A DNA stretch of 64,000 nt from Solirubrobacteraceae bacterium (GCA_036510155.1 DATCEK010000161.1:5347-69346); one strand, 5' to 3'. Counted from the first letter of the stretch, positions 1-9,681 are shown. The notes: a model not told the origin generated them from the letters alone. Numbers and translations are program-made.

Positions 1-138
1 GACGGCCAGGACGCCGAGTATCACAAGTGTGCGCAGGCGCAGCCTCAAGAAGGTCGCGCGGGCGTGTTGACCTGGCAGGCGCGCCGCGGGGTCGGGCCGT
101 TTGGGCAGGCGCATGATGTGGCCGTGAACGGTCGGCAT
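1..138 (-). CDS. Partial membrane-associated hypothetical protein (N-terminus only, runs off window start); possibly NERD-domain family
   Basis: Open frame from ATG at 138 to the window edge: MPTVHGHIMRLPKRPDPAARLPGQHARATFLRLRLRTLVILGVLAV, ending in a hydrophobic stretch. The family guess is from recall only. Confidence 0.4.
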   Translation of the reverse strand, partial: MPTVHGHIMRLPKRPDPAARLPGQHARATFLRLRLRTLVILGVLAV

Positions 139-500
139 CTACTCAAGCATCGGCCCATGGCGGGGGCCATCTTTAGGAGAGGGGAGCGCATGGCGAGCCG
201 CTGGACAGCGTCCGACCAGCTTGGCTGCTCGCGTCAGGACTCGCTTGCACGAGATCGCCCAGGCGCCTGTCCAACTGGGTGACGCAAGTTGGCAAGAGTT
301 GGCCGAGTGTTTGAGCATAGGCCCCGCCCAAGCGCGGTCGCGGAGAAAAACGTGGAATGTGCGGCCATCTCCCTAAAGCCGGACCGACCCCAAGTCGAAG
401 GCATGGATAGGCCAGACTACTGCCGGCGATTGAGGGGCTTCGGACGCGGGCGGCTGGTAAAGCGAGAGGTTCGATAGCCCTCGATACGGCCGAAACGCTC

Positions 501-935
501 ATGCCCAGATCATTCGATTCTTTCCTACCATCAGACATTCGCCTGCTGCTCCGCGCGGACGCCGAGCAGCGCTGGCTTCACCATGAGGTGCTCCCGGTAC
601 TACGCCATCTGGAAACCCCAGAGGAGCTCCAGGAGCAAGAGGTCGGGGCGGCGCTTGCCTACCTAGAGGCAATGTGGGGGGAGGCAACAGCACGTGCTGT
701 GCAGACCGACGCGGCTCATAGTTCTCTGTCCGGGCGCCCGGAACAGGACGAAAAGCTGGCGGGGCCGGCAGGGCGCTACCACGCCGCCGTCACGACGCTC
801 CGAGGAGGAGTTGCGAGACGCATCGCGCCGTTCGTCGAGCCGTCGCTGGAGCCCGACATGCGCGACGCGGCCAGCGGAGACCGAGGACTGCGCCTCGAGG
901 ACGCGCGGCCTGACGGTTGCCCCCGCGCGGCGTAG
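501..935 (+). CDS. Hypothetical alpha-helical protein
   Basis: 144-aa ORF with protein-like composition and GC-rich codon pattern; no recognisable motif. Confidence 0.65.
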   Translation: MPRSFDSFLPSDIRLLLRADAEQRWLHHEVLPVLRHLETPEELQEQEVGAALAYLEAMWGEATARAVQTDAAHSSLSGRPEQDEKLAGPAGRYHAAVTTLRGGVARRIAPFVEPSLEPDMRDAASGDRGLRLEDARPDGCPRAA

Positions 936-958
936 GCCGATCGCGTACGCTCTTGCGC

Positions 959-1888
959 GTGCCCGACCAAGTTCACGCACCGACACCGAGCTTCGACCTG
1001 CAGTCGCACTCCACGCGCTCCGACGGCGTGCTCGAGCCGGCCGAGGTAGTGGCAAGGGCCGCGCTGGCCGGCGTGCAGCTGCTTGCGCTCAGCGACCACG
1101 ACACGGTTGCGGGCGTGGACGAGGCGCTTCTCGCCGGCGCCGAGCATGGCGTCACCGTCGTGCCGGCGATCGAGATCTCCGCGATCGACCACCCATCGCG
1201 CGGACCAAGCGACGGCGGTGAGCACGGGGTGGCGCGCGAACTGCACATCCTCGGCTACCTGATCGACCATCACGATCCCCAGCTAACCAAGACGCTTGGC
1301 GGCTTTCTCGCTGACCGCGAGCAGCGCACGCTACGCATGGCCGAGAATCTGCGCGGCCTGGGCATCGAGCTCGACCAGCAGGCGATCGACGTGCGCGTGA
1401 AGGCCGGCGAGCCAATCGGGCGACCTCACCTTGCAGAAGCGGCGCTGGGCCATCCCGCCAACGCAGAGCGCCTGCGCGAGGAGCAGATCGACGACATCGG
1501 CTCGTTCATCAAAGGCTATTTGATCGAGGGCCAGCCAGCCTTCGCCTTGCGCGTCACGCCGACCGTGCAAGAGGCGGTGGACGCGATCCACGCCGCCAAA
1601 GGAGTCGCGATCTGGGCGCACCCCTTCTGGGACGTGGAGGATCCAAAGGAAGCGCTGGCGATGGTCGAGCGCTTCCGCGCGCTCGGCATCGACGGGGTCG
1701 AGGCCTTCTACGTCACGCACACACAAGCCCAGACCGAGCTGCTGGCCCGACGCTGTGAGGAGCTCGACCTGCTGAGCACCGGCTCGGCCGATTTCCACGG
1801 CCCCGAGAACCGGCTGTTCTCGCGCTTCATGGCGTTTGAGACCTACGGCATGACGCCCAACCTCGGGCCGATAGCCGCCAGCCGGTAG
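959..1888 (+). CDS. PHP-domain phosphoesterase (YciV/TrpH-like)
   Basis: Motifs DLQSHSTRSDG, LSDHDT, IEIS, ELHILGY, AHP, GSADFHG. Start placed at GTG 959; the ORF track starts at 917. Confidence 0.9.
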   Translation: MPDQVHAPTPSFDLQSHSTRSDGVLEPAEVVARAALAGVQLLALSDHDTVAGVDEALLAGAEHGVTVVPAIEISAIDHPSRGPSDGGEHGVARELHILGYLIDHHDPQLTKTLGGFLADREQRTLRMAENLRGLGIELDQQAIDVRVKAGEPIGRPHLAEAALGHPANAERLREEQIDDIGSFIKGYLIEGQPAFALRVTPTVQEAVDAIHAAKGVAIWAHPFWDVEDPKEALAMVERFRALGIDGVEAFYVTHTQAQTELLARRCEELDLLSTGSADFHGPENRLFSRFMAFETYGMTPNLGPIAASR

Positions 1889-3027
1889 GCAAGCGCTTCC
1901 AGCGCCAGCTCCTCGGAGACGTTCAGATCCAGACGCAAGCGTGTGTCGCGTACGAGCTCGACGCCGCGCTGTAGCGACGCCGCGTCGCGCCCGGCCGCAT
2001 CGGCCGCCAGCTCGGCCGAGCGATCGCAGGCAAAAACCAGCTCGGGGACGCCGAGGAGCAGACACCAAATGTCGCGCAACCACAGCTCGGCGAGGCGCAG
2101 CCCAAGCTCGAGCGTGGCGGTGCGCTCGCGGCGCTCGGCGCGGCGCACGACGTCGGCGCCTTCGCGCTCGTACTTGCGCTGCTCCTTGCTGGGCAGGAAC
2201 CCGGCCTGCTCGTGCAGGCGCTCGCTGACCGCCGTCCCGGCCACGGCGCCCGCGGCCTTGGCGGCCTCGAGCAAGCCCATCCACAGACGCTGCTCGACGT
2301 TGTCCTGTAGCGCCGAGCGCACGAACTGCTCGGCGCACTCGCGCAGCGCGATGCCACGCTCGCCGGCCAACAGCTCGGCAAGCCGACCGTCGCCGGCTGC
2401 CATGCGCGCGCAGGCGGCAGCACGGTCGGGCTCGACGCCCGCCGCGCCCTCGCCGTCCCGTAGACGTGCGACGAGCAGCTCGTCAGAGAGCGGGTCGAAG
2501 CGCACCTGCTGGCAGCGCGAGGCGATTGTGGGCAGCACGTCGTCGCGGTGCTCGGCCAGCAGGATCAGGTGCGCAAACGGCGGTGGCTCCTCGAGGGTCT
2601 TGAGCAAGCGGTTGGCGGCCTGGTCGTTCATGCTGCCGGCCGCCTCGATCACGAACACGCGCCTGGCGGACTCAAAGGGCGTGTGCGCCGCCGCGGCCAC
2701 CACCGGCTCGTCGATATCGCTGACGAGCACTTCGCTGGCCCCGCTCGGAGTCACCCAGGTGAGGTCGGGGTGAGCGTCGTGCTGGACTCGCACGGCGACG
2801 GTGGAGGGCTCTCGCGCGCCATCGGCGAGCAAGGCAGCCGCGAACGCGCGCGCAACCGTGCGCTTGCCAGTGCCCGACGGGCCGTGGAACAGGTAGGCGT
2901 GCGAAGGGCTGCCGGTTGGGAGTAGCGCCGGCAGCAGCACGGCGCGCGCGTGCGGATGCGGCTCGATCCCGGCAAGCACCCCATCGACGGCGCCCGACTC
3001 AGCTGAGATTGGCAACACCGAGACCAT
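1843..3027 (-). CDS. holB: DNA polymerase III subunit delta-prime
   Basis: HAYLFHGPSGTGK, HPDL, VFVIEAA, NRLLKTLEEPP, LPTIASRCQ motifs. Start placed at ATG 3027. Confidence 0.92.
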   Translation of the reverse strand: MVSVLPISAESGAVDGVLAGIEPHPHARAVLLPALLPTGSPSHAYLFHGPSGTGKRTVARAFAAALLADGAREPSTVAVRVQHDAHPDLTWVTPSGASEVLVSDIDEPVVAAAAHTPFESARRVFVIEAAGSMNDQAANRLLKTLEEPPPFAHLILLAEHRDDVLPTIASRCQQVRFDPLSDELLVARLRDGEGAAGVEPDRAAACARMAAGDGRLAELLAGERGIALRECAEQFVRSALQDNVEQRLWMGLLEAAKAAGAVAGTAVSERLHEQAGFLPSKEQRKYEREGADVVRRAERRERTATLELGLRLAELWLRDIWCLLLGVPELVFACDRSAELAADAAGRDAASLQRGVELVRDTRLRLDLNVSEELALEALAYRLAAIGPRLGVMP

Positions 3028-3054
3028 CCTAGAGGCGGCCCGAAACGGAAGGCC

Positions 3055-3091
3055 GGGTGGATGGCGATGACAGGGGTGGATGGCGATGACA
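3055..3091. repeat. Exact 18-bp direct repeat x2 (GGGTGGATGGCGATGACA), period 19
   Basis: Copies at 3055-3072 and 3074-3091. Confidence 0.9.
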
Positions 3092-3109
3092 TATTCAAAA
3101 AGCACAATG

Positions 3110-3127
3110 CCCCCGCGCGCGCGGGGG
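3110..3127. repeat. Perfect 18-bp palindrome CCCCCGCGCGCGCGGGGG (REP-like), flanked by A-rich and T-rich tracts
   Basis: Read directly; the identical 18-mer occurs at 34930-34947, with variants at 25157-25180 and 57883-57905. Confidence 0.8.
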
Positions 3128-3254
3128 AGTTCTATTTTGGGACATAAGTGAGACATATGGCGCGACTAGTAGCGCATACCACGCGGAGATTTCGTATCCG
3201 CGGTCGCTTTGCAGCAGAGGCAAGGCCCCCACGCACGGGGCATGCCGCAAACGC

Positions 3255-3905
3255 ATGTACCGTGCAAACGTGAGCAGGGGCAAGTTGATCACGATCGAGG
3301 GTCTGGACGGCGCGGGCAAGTCGACGCTTGCGGGGGCGCTGGCGCAGGCGATCGAAGAGCGGGGTCCAGAGGTCGAGCTGTTGCGCGAGCCAGGCGGAGT
3401 CGTTCTGTCGGAGCGAATCAGGGAGCTGGTCAAGGACCCGGCGCTGAGAATCGAAGCTCGTGCCGAGTTGCTGCTGTACGCCGCCGCCCGCGCTGAGCTC
3501 GTGTACGAGCGAGTCGGGCCTGCGCTCGAGCAAGGCAGATGGGTGCTAGTCGACCGCTTCGTGGACTCCTCGCTCGCCTATCAGGGCGCCGCACGCGGAC
3601 TGGGCTATGAGGAGGTACGCGCAATCAACCTGTTCGCCACCGAAGGCCTTGTACCCGACCGCACGCTGCTGCTGCGCATCAGCCCCGCGACGGGGCGCGG
3701 GCGCCAGCGCATTCGGGGCGTCGAGGCTGATCGGATGGAGCGTGAGAGCGAGCCCTTCTTCCAAAAGATCGCGGAGGCCTACGAGCATCTCGCGAGAACC
3801 GAGCCACAGCGCGTCCGCCCGCTCGACGGCGAGCAAACCGCGACGCGCGTGCTCGAGCAGGCACTCTCGGAGATAGAGGATCTACTACCGGCGCCAAACG
3901 CATGA
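3255..3905 (+). CDS. tmk: Thymidylate (dTMP) kinase
   Basis: LITIEGLDGAGKST P-loop, LREPGG, DRFVDSSLAYQG, PDRTLLL. Confidence 0.95.
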   Translation: MYRANVSRGKLITIEGLDGAGKSTLAGALAQAIEERGPEVELLREPGGVVLSERIRELVKDPALRIEARAELLLYAAARAELVYERVGPALEQGRWVLVDRFVDSSLAYQGAARGLGYEEVRAINLFATEGLVPDRTLLLRISPATGRGRQRIRGVEADRMERESEPFFQKIAEAYEHLARTEPQRVRPLDGEQTATRVLEQALSEIEDLLPAPNA

Positions 3906-4067
3906 CGAGGCTTGTCGATCTGGGAAGATACTTTCGCGCGCCAGGTGAAGACGCGAGTGCACACGCAGAGAGGCTTGTCGAGGTGGGGAGAGGCGCGCTT
4001 GCGCGCGCCGACGTTCGTTCCGCCGGTGGCAAGCCGGCCCTGCCCGAATCAGAGAACTGCCGTTAGC

Positions 4068-4697
4068 ATGGCCAAAGCGATGACTGCCGAACCGGTCCGC
4101 ACCCGCCATCAAGCACGCACTACGTCAATCTTGGCGGCAGCGTGCGCGCTCGTCGTGCTGCTCCCAGCGAGCGCCCAAGCAGCCGGCGCCACGACCGACA
4201 AGGGTCTTGGCATCTCGATCCCGGCGTCGGCCAAGGTTCACACCGCCGCCACGACCACCACCCCGACCGCGTCCGTCCCGGCGAGCGCGACGACTCCCGG
4301 CACAACGCCGAGCTCAGCGACTACGAGCACTACCGCTCCTACGGGCGCGGCTCAACCTGGCACCGTGGCGCCCCCCACGACCACGCCCACCACTGCCGCC
4401 ACGCAGACGGCGAGCACCGCGACCTCGGCTGCACCAACCACGACGACGCCAGGCACGACGACCGTAACCGTGGCGCACAAGCCCAAGCCGAGCGCCAAAG
4501 GGCTGTCCGCCGGCGCGCTGGCGCTGGCGATCCTCGGTGCGCTGCTCGTGCTCGGCTGCATCGTGTGGGCGCTGGCGCGCTGGCTTGCGCTGGAACCGCG
4601 CTGGACGATCTCGCTGACGCACTCGCTGCGCGAGGCCGCATACCGTGCCTCGGAGACCTGGGCGGAGTTCTCAGACTGGGCAAGATTGGGACACTGA
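4068..4697 (+). CDS. Secreted/membrane-anchored Thr/Pro/Ala-rich protein
   Basis: Signal-peptide-like ILAAACALVVLLPASAQA, long T/P/A tract, C-terminal transmembrane segment ALALAILGALLVLGCIVWAL. Confidence 0.7.
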   Translation: MAKAMTAEPVRTRHQARTTSILAAACALVVLLPASAQAAGATTDKGLGISIPASAKVHTAATTTTPTASVPASATTPGTTPSSATTSTTAPTGAAQPGTVAPPTTTPTTAATQTASTATSAAPTTTTPGTTTVTVAHKPKPSAKGLSAGALALAILGALLVLGCIVWALARWLALEPRWTISLTHSLREAAYRASETWAEFSDWARLGH

Positions 4698-4864
4698 GGA
4701 CCTGCCGAAAGCACCGGCCGGACGCCCCGGGTCTTCTAAAATGAGGGATAGCAGGCATTTAACGCTCGAATGTCTTTCTGTCCGGTGTGCGCGCGAGGAT
4801 TCTCGGCCCAAGTGAACAGATTCGAGTGGGCGTCGCGAGTGTCGGCGCAGAGGAGGCAAGGCCG

Positions 4865-7800
4865 ATGGATTTCACACCGCACCCCACGATCGCAGAGGAC
4901 ACGAGCGCCGGTGAGGCGCTGTCGGTCAAGCGCCTGTTCACCTCCCCGGAGAAGCACCCGTTCGAGACGGTTGAGTGGGAGCGGCGCGACGCCCGCATCG
5001 GCCACGGCGACCGCGTCGCTTTCGAGCAGGAGAACGTAGAGTTTCCCAAGAGCTGGAGCCAAAACGCGACGAACATCGTTGCTCAGAAGTACTTCCGCGG
5101 ACAGATCGGTCACCCCGAGCGCGAGCGCTCTGTCAAGCAGATGATCGGCCGCGTGGCGGGCACGATCGCGGGTTGGGGCCGCGAGCGCGCCTACTTCGCA
5201 AGCGAGGAAGACGCTGAGGCTTTCGAGGCCGAGCTGACGCACATCCTCCTGCACCAGCTGGCGGCGTTCAACAGCCCGGTGTGGTTCAACGTCGGCTTCG
5301 AGGAGAGCCCGCAGTGCTCGGCGTGCCAGCCCTACCACAAACTCGTCTCGACACCGCGTGGCATGGTGCCGATCGGTGAGCTCGTCAAGGACGATCAAGT
5401 CGGGAGCGAGGTGTACGACGCCCACGGCGTGACACGTATCGTCGCCACCAAGGCCAACGGTCGCAAGCGCGTCCTTCGTGCTTGCTTGCGCAACGGTAGC
5501 TTCGTCGAAGCTACGCCCGACCATGTCGTGAAGGCCGTGTCCGAGCGACGTTCCAAGCCAGCATGGCTACGCATGGACCAGCTCGAGGTGGGCATGCGGA
5601 TGCACTTGCATCCGCATCGCGCGAAGGTCAGCGATCCAATTCGTGTCGCGGTCGGAATGGACTCATATGAGGGGTCCGTACTCGAGGATCTCGCAGAGGA
5701 GGTAGACAGCGTCGCGATCGCCGAGGCCGCGCTCGCCGGCTGGCTACAGGCCGATGGCTTCGTCGGTCAGTACACAGGCACAAATCGATCGTTGACAATG
5801 GAGTTCCAGGTGGCCACCGACGAGGAGTACGAGTGGGTCATGGGTCATCTCGATGTCGCCTTCCCGCACGTCCACCGCAAGGTACGCGAGGCCGACACCC
5901 AACATCTCCGTGTGCGGCGGATTCGTCTTTACGGTGAGGTCTTGCGAGAGTTCGTCGAGTCGTGGGGCCTATCGGCGCGCGGCACCGATATTCGTGTTCC
6001 GACTCGACTCTTCACCGCCTCTCATGACGAGATCGTCTCCTACCTGCGCAGCATCTATCAGGCCGACGGTTACGTCACGGTGCAGCGTCGCAACGAGCTT
6101 GAGAACGCGCGCGTCGGCTTTGCGGTAATCGGCGAGCAGTGGACCGAGGATGTGCAGCTACTGCTCGGTGCGCTGGGCATTTACTCGCGGCGGACCCGCA
6201 AGGCCGAGAGCAGAGAGGACCGCCATGACATGCATGAGGTGTCAATCTCAATCGGTTCGGAGCGCGCGCGCTTCTCGGAGTTGATCGGCTTCATCTCTAA
6301 GGAGAAGTCGGATAAGTTGCTCGATTCGCTGAATCTACGCAATCCCAAGCGTTGCCCTGACTTGCGTGAGGAGGAGATAGTCGCGATCGAGGTTCTCGGT
6401 GAGATGGAGGTCTATGACATCCAGACGGAATCCGGCGAGTACCTTTCGAACAACATCGCCGTTCACAACTGCTTCATCCTCTCCGTCGAGGACACGATGG
6501 AGTCGATCCTCGAGTGGAACACCAAGGAGGGCAACATCTTCCGCGGCGGCTCCGGCTCGGGCATCAACTTGTCGAACATCCGCGGCTCGATGGAGCCACT
6601 GGCCAAGGGCGGCACCGCCTCAGGCCCTGTCTCCTTCATGCGCGGCGCCGACTCCTGGGCAGGCACGATCAAGTCCGGCGGCAAGACCCGCCGCGCGGCC
6701 AAGATGGTCGTTTTGGACGTCGACCACCCGGACATCCGCGAGTTCATCTGGTGCAAGGCCAAGGAGGAGAACAAGGCCGAGGCATTGCGCGACGCGGGCT
6801 TTGACATGTCGATCGACGGCGAGGGCTTCAAGTCGATCCAGTACCAGAACGCCAACAACTCGGTGCGTGTCACTGACGAGTTCATGCGCGCGGTCGAGGC
6901 AGACGAGGATTGGCACCTGACCGCACGCGCCACGGGCAAGCCGGTCGGCGAGCCGATTCGCGCACGCGACTTGATGCGCGAGATCTCAGAGGCCGCATGG
7001 CGCTGCGCGGACCCGGGCGTGCAGTACGACACGACCATCAACCAGTGGCACACGAGCCCGAAAAGCGGCCGTATCAACGCGTCGAATCCGTGCTCTGAGT
7101 ACATGCACGTCGACGACTCGGCCTGCAACCTGGCCTCCTTGAACCTGATGAAGTTCCGCCGCCCCGACGGCAGCCTCGATGTGCGCTCCTTCGAGCACAC
7201 GGTCGACATCGTGCTGCTGGCCCAAGAGATTGTCGTCGGCCCCTCCAGCTACCCCACTGAGCAGATCGGCGTCAACGCCCGTGCTTTCCGCCAGCTGGGG
7301 CTCGGCTACGCCAACCTCGGCGCCTACCTGATGAGCAACGGCATGCCCTATGACTCTGACGCCGGCAGGGGCACGGCGGCAGCGATCACGGCTTTGATGA
7401 CCGGACGCGCCTACCGCGAGTCCGCGCGCGTGGCGGCTGTGCTCGGCCCCTACGAGCACTACGAGGAGAACCGCCAAGAGCACAACAACGTGATGCAGAT
7501 GCACCGCGACTCCTCCTACGCGATTCCCGACTCGATCTGCCAGGACATGGAGCTGCTGGAGGCCGCGCGCCGCTCCTGGGACGAGGCGGTCGAGCTGGGC
7601 GAGCGCTTCGGCTACCGCAACGCCCAAGCAACGGTCTTGGCGCCGACAGGCACGATCTCCTTCCTGATGGACTGCGACACGACCGGAGTGGAGCCAGACT
7701 TCTCCTTGGTCAAGTTCAAGGAGCTGGTCGGCGGCGGCCAAATGACGATCGTCAACCGCACCGTCCCCTTGGCCTTGCAGACGCTCGGCTACTCAGAGCA

Positions 7801-8842
7801 GCAGGTCGAGCAGATCGAGGCGCACCTGGCCGAGCACGGCACGATCATCGGCGCGCCGGGACTTGCAACAGAGCACCTGCCGGTGTTCGACGTGGCCGTA
7901 GGCGAGCGAGCGATCAGCCACATGGGCCACTTGAAGATGATGGGGGCGGTGCAGCCGTTCATCTCCGGAGCGATCTCAAAGACCGTCAACCTGCCCCAGA
8001 CAGCGACCGTCGAGGACATCGCCGATGCCTACACCCAGGCTTGGCGCCTCGGCATCAAGGCTTTGGCGATCTACCGCGACGGCTCGAAGACAGCACAGGC
8101 CCTGCGCACAGATGCCCAGAAGGACGCACCGGCCCCGGCCGACGTCGACGCGATCGTCGAGCAGGCCGTCGCCAAGGCGCTGTCCGAGGCGGGCCCCAGG
8201 CGCAAGCGCATGCCGCGCGAGCGCCAATCGATCACCCACAAGTTCTCGATCGGCGGCCACGAGGGCTACATCACAGCCGGAATGTACGAGGACGGCACGG
8301 TAGGGGAGATCTTCCTGACCGACATCGGCAAGGAGGGCTCGACGATCAAAGGCATGATGAACTCGTTCGCGACGGCGATCTCGATCGCGCTCCAATACGG
8401 GGTGCCGCTGGAGACGCTGGTGGAGAAGTTCAGCTACATGCGCTTCGAGCCGGAGGGGATCACCGGCAACCCGGAGATCCCGTTCGCCAAGTCGATGCCC
8501 GACTACATCCTGCGCTGGGTCGCCTCCCGCTTCCTGGACACCGACGCCCAGGAGGAACTGGGCATCCTCACGCCGGCAGTGCGAGCCCGCAAGATGGCCG
8601 AAGAGGTCGCCCAGTCGGTGGCCTCCTCAGACACGGCGGGCCCAGCCGGCCCAGAGGCAAGCGCCGGCGGCGCCGACAGCGTCCCGGCGGCGGCGGCGTT
8701 GACAGACTCTCCGCCAGTCGTCCCAGCCCGCATGCAAGGCCTCGACCTCGGCCCGGCGTGCAGCCAGTGCGGAGGCATGATGCAGCGCACGGGCTCTTGC
8801 TACACGTGCAGCAGCTGCGGCAATAACACCGGGTGTGGTTGA
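4865..8842 (+). CDS. nrdJ: Adenosylcobalamin-dependent (class II) ribonucleotide reductase containing an intein
   Basis: SD GAGGAGG then ATG 4865; FNSPVWFN, SA/CFI, GGSGSG, NASNPCSEY (thiyl Cys), APTGTIS, TSCPD-like domain and C-terminal Cys-rich zinc ribbon CSQCGG...CYTCSSCG...GCG. Confidence 0.96.
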   Translation: MDFTPHPTIAEDTSAGEALSVKRLFTSPEKHPFETVEWERRDARIGHGDRVAFEQENVEFPKSWSQNATNIVAQKYFRGQIGHPERERSVKQMIGRVAGTIAGWGRERAYFASEEDAEAFEAELTHILLHQLAAFNSPVWFNVGFEESPQCSACQPYHKLVSTPRGMVPIGELVKDDQVGSEVYDAHGVTRIVATKANGRKRVLRACLRNGSFVEATPDHVVKAVSERRSKPAWLRMDQLEVGMRMHLHPHRAKVSDPIRVAVGMDSYEGSVLEDLAEEVDSVAIAEAALAGWLQADGFVGQYTGTNRSLTMEFQVATDEEYEWVMGHLDVAFPHVHRKVREADTQHLRVRRIRLYGEVLREFVESWGLSARGTDIRVPTRLFTASHDEIVSYLRSIYQADGYVTVQRRNELENARVGFAVIGEQWTEDVQLLLGALGIYSRRTRKAESREDRHDMHEVSISIGSERARFSELIGFISKEKSDKLLDSLNLRNPKRCPDLREEEIVAIEVLGEMEVYDIQTESGEYLSNNIAVHNCFILSVEDTMESILEWNTKEGNIFRGGSGSGINLSNIRGSMEPLAKGGTASGPVSFMRGADSWAGTIKSGGKTRRAAKMVVLDVDHPDIREFIWCKAKEENKAEALRDAGFDMSIDGEGFKSIQYQNANNSVRVTDEFMRAVEADEDWHLTARATGKPVGEPIRARDLMREISEAAWRCADPGVQYDTTINQWHTSPKSGRINASNPCSEYMHVDDSACNLASLNLMKFRRPDGSLDVRSFEHTVDIVLLAQEIVVGPSSYPTEQIGVNARAFRQLGLGYANLGAYLMSNGMPYDSDAGRGTAAAITALMTGRAYRESARVAAVLGPYEHYEENRQEHNNVMQMHRDSSYAIPDSICQDMELLEAARRSWDEAVELGERFGYRNAQATVLAPTGTISFLMDCDTTGVEPDFSLVKFKELVGGGQMTIVNRTVPLALQTLGYSEQQVEQIEAHLAEHGTIIGAPGLATEHLPVFDVAVGERAISHMGHLKMMGAVQPFISGAISKTVNLPQTATVEDIADAYTQAWRLGIKALAIYRDGSKTAQALRTDAQKDAPAPADVDAIVEQAVAKALSEAGPRRKRMPRERQSITHKFSIGGHEGYITAGMYEDGTVGEIFLTDIGKEGSTIKGMMNSFATAISIALQYGVPLETLVEKFSYMRFEPEGITGNPEIPFAKSMPDYILRWVASRFLDTDAQEELGILTPAVRARKMAEEVAQSVASSDTAGPAGPEASAGGADSVPAAAALTDSPPVVPARMQGLDLGPACSQCGGMMQRTGSCYTCSSCGNNTGCG
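5324..6469 (+). mobile_element. Intein with LAGLIDADG homing endonuclease (382 aa) in nrdJ
   Basis: Begins at Cys (CQPYHKLVSTPRG), block B TPDH, endonuclease motifs LAGWLQADG and LRSIYQADG, ends VYDIQT...NIAVHN followed by +1 Cys. Removing it restores QCSACFIL. Confidence 0.95.
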
Positions 8843-8843
8843 G

Positions 8844-8856
8844 ATTACGCTGTAAT
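8844..8856. promoter_or_regulatory. Small inverted repeat ATTAC-N3-GTAAT upstream of the TA operon; putative antitoxin operator
   Basis: Palindrome seen 22 bp before the antitoxin ATG; function inferred from typical TA autoregulation. Confidence 0.35.
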
Positions 8857-8878
8857 GCGCGTGATACACTAGGAGTTG

Positions 8879-9301
8879 ATGTCGACCAAGTCTGCTCCCT
8901 TCAGCATGCGCCTATCAGAGCGGATGGAGGCCTTGGTTCAATCGGAGGCACAGCGCACAGGCCGCAGCAAGGGGGCCATAGTCGAAGGGCTCGCCGAGGA
9001 GGCGATGCGGATGAGGCTTTTCCCTGGAGTCTCCTTCCGGGGCGCAGACTGGGAACGGCGAGCTTGGGTTATCGGTACGGCCCTCGATGTCTGGCAGATT
9101 GTCGATGCTTACCGTGACATCGGCTCCATCGAGGGCATGGTGGACGGTGGCTCTGCCGGCGAGCGCCACATTCGGTTGGCCCTTGACTACTACAAGCGGT
9201 TCCCGGAGGAGATCGACGCGGCAATAACCGAAAACCGGCGTCCGATCGAGCAACTCGAAGAGGAATTCCCCTTCATCGAGGTCAGCCGGATAGACATCTG
9301 A
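8879..9301 (+). CDS. Antitoxin: ribbon-helix-helix plus DUF433-like domain (VapB45-like)
   Basis: N-terminal FSMRLSERMEALVQSEAQRTGRSKGAIVE (RHH-like), then FPGVSFRG...RAWVIGTALDVWQIV...LALDYY..FPEEID; directly upstream of a PIN-like gene. Confidence 0.8.
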   Translation: MSTKSAPFSMRLSERMEALVQSEAQRTGRSKGAIVEGLAEEAMRMRLFPGVSFRGADWERRAWVIGTALDVWQIVDAYRDIGSIEGMVDGGSAGERHIRLALDYYKRFPEEIDAAITENRRPIEQLEEEFPFIEVSRIDI

Positions 9302-9318
9302 GCTGAGCGCACGCTTCC

Positions 9319-9681
9319 GTGAAGCTTTTTCTCGACGCTCACATCTCGAGACGGCGAGTTGCCATCCAACTTCGCGATCGAGGCCACGACGTCCGATCCG
9401 CAGACGAAGAGCGCGAACTCGACGGATCGAGCGACGAACAACTGCTCTCGCTCTCGGGGGAGGAAAAGCGAATATTCGTCACGTTCGACGTCAAGGACTT
9501 CCCGCTCATTGCCCGCCGCTGGGCCGAGGCGGGACGACATCACACAGGGTGCGCCATTGTGGTGGGCGTAGACCATGGCGAGTTCGGCGCGATCGTCAGC
9601 GCGATCGAGCGCGAGCTTCAGGCTCGACCCGATCCCGCAGACTGGATCGACCGGACGCTCTTCGTCGCACGAGCCCGGTGA
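9319..9681 (+). CDS. DUF5615 PIN-like toxin (VapC45-like)
   Basis: MKLFLDAHIS...LRDRGHDV...SDEQLL...RIFVTFDVKDF pattern. Confidence 0.82.
   Translation: MKLFLDAHISRRRVAIQLRDRGHDVRSADEERELDGSSDEQLLSLSGEEKRIFVTFDVKDFPLIARRWAEAGRHHTGCAIVVGVDHGEFGAIVSAIERELQARPDPADWIDRTLFVARAR

Noticed and set aside
374-401. TAAA-N16-GTCGAAGG sigma-28-like promoter upstream of ORF 501
   Set aside because: Spacing differs from the N15 seen at all flagellar promoters, the -10 is poor, and it is far from the start codon.
1843-1888. 46-nt convergent overlap of the PHP gene and holB as a regulatory feature
   Set aside because: Short tail-to-tail overlaps are common in high-GC genomes, and nothing else supports a function.
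4698-4864. NrdR box or cobalamin riboswitch upstream of nrdJ
   Set aside because: No match to the ACACwATATATwGTG-like box or riboswitch core was recognisable by eye.
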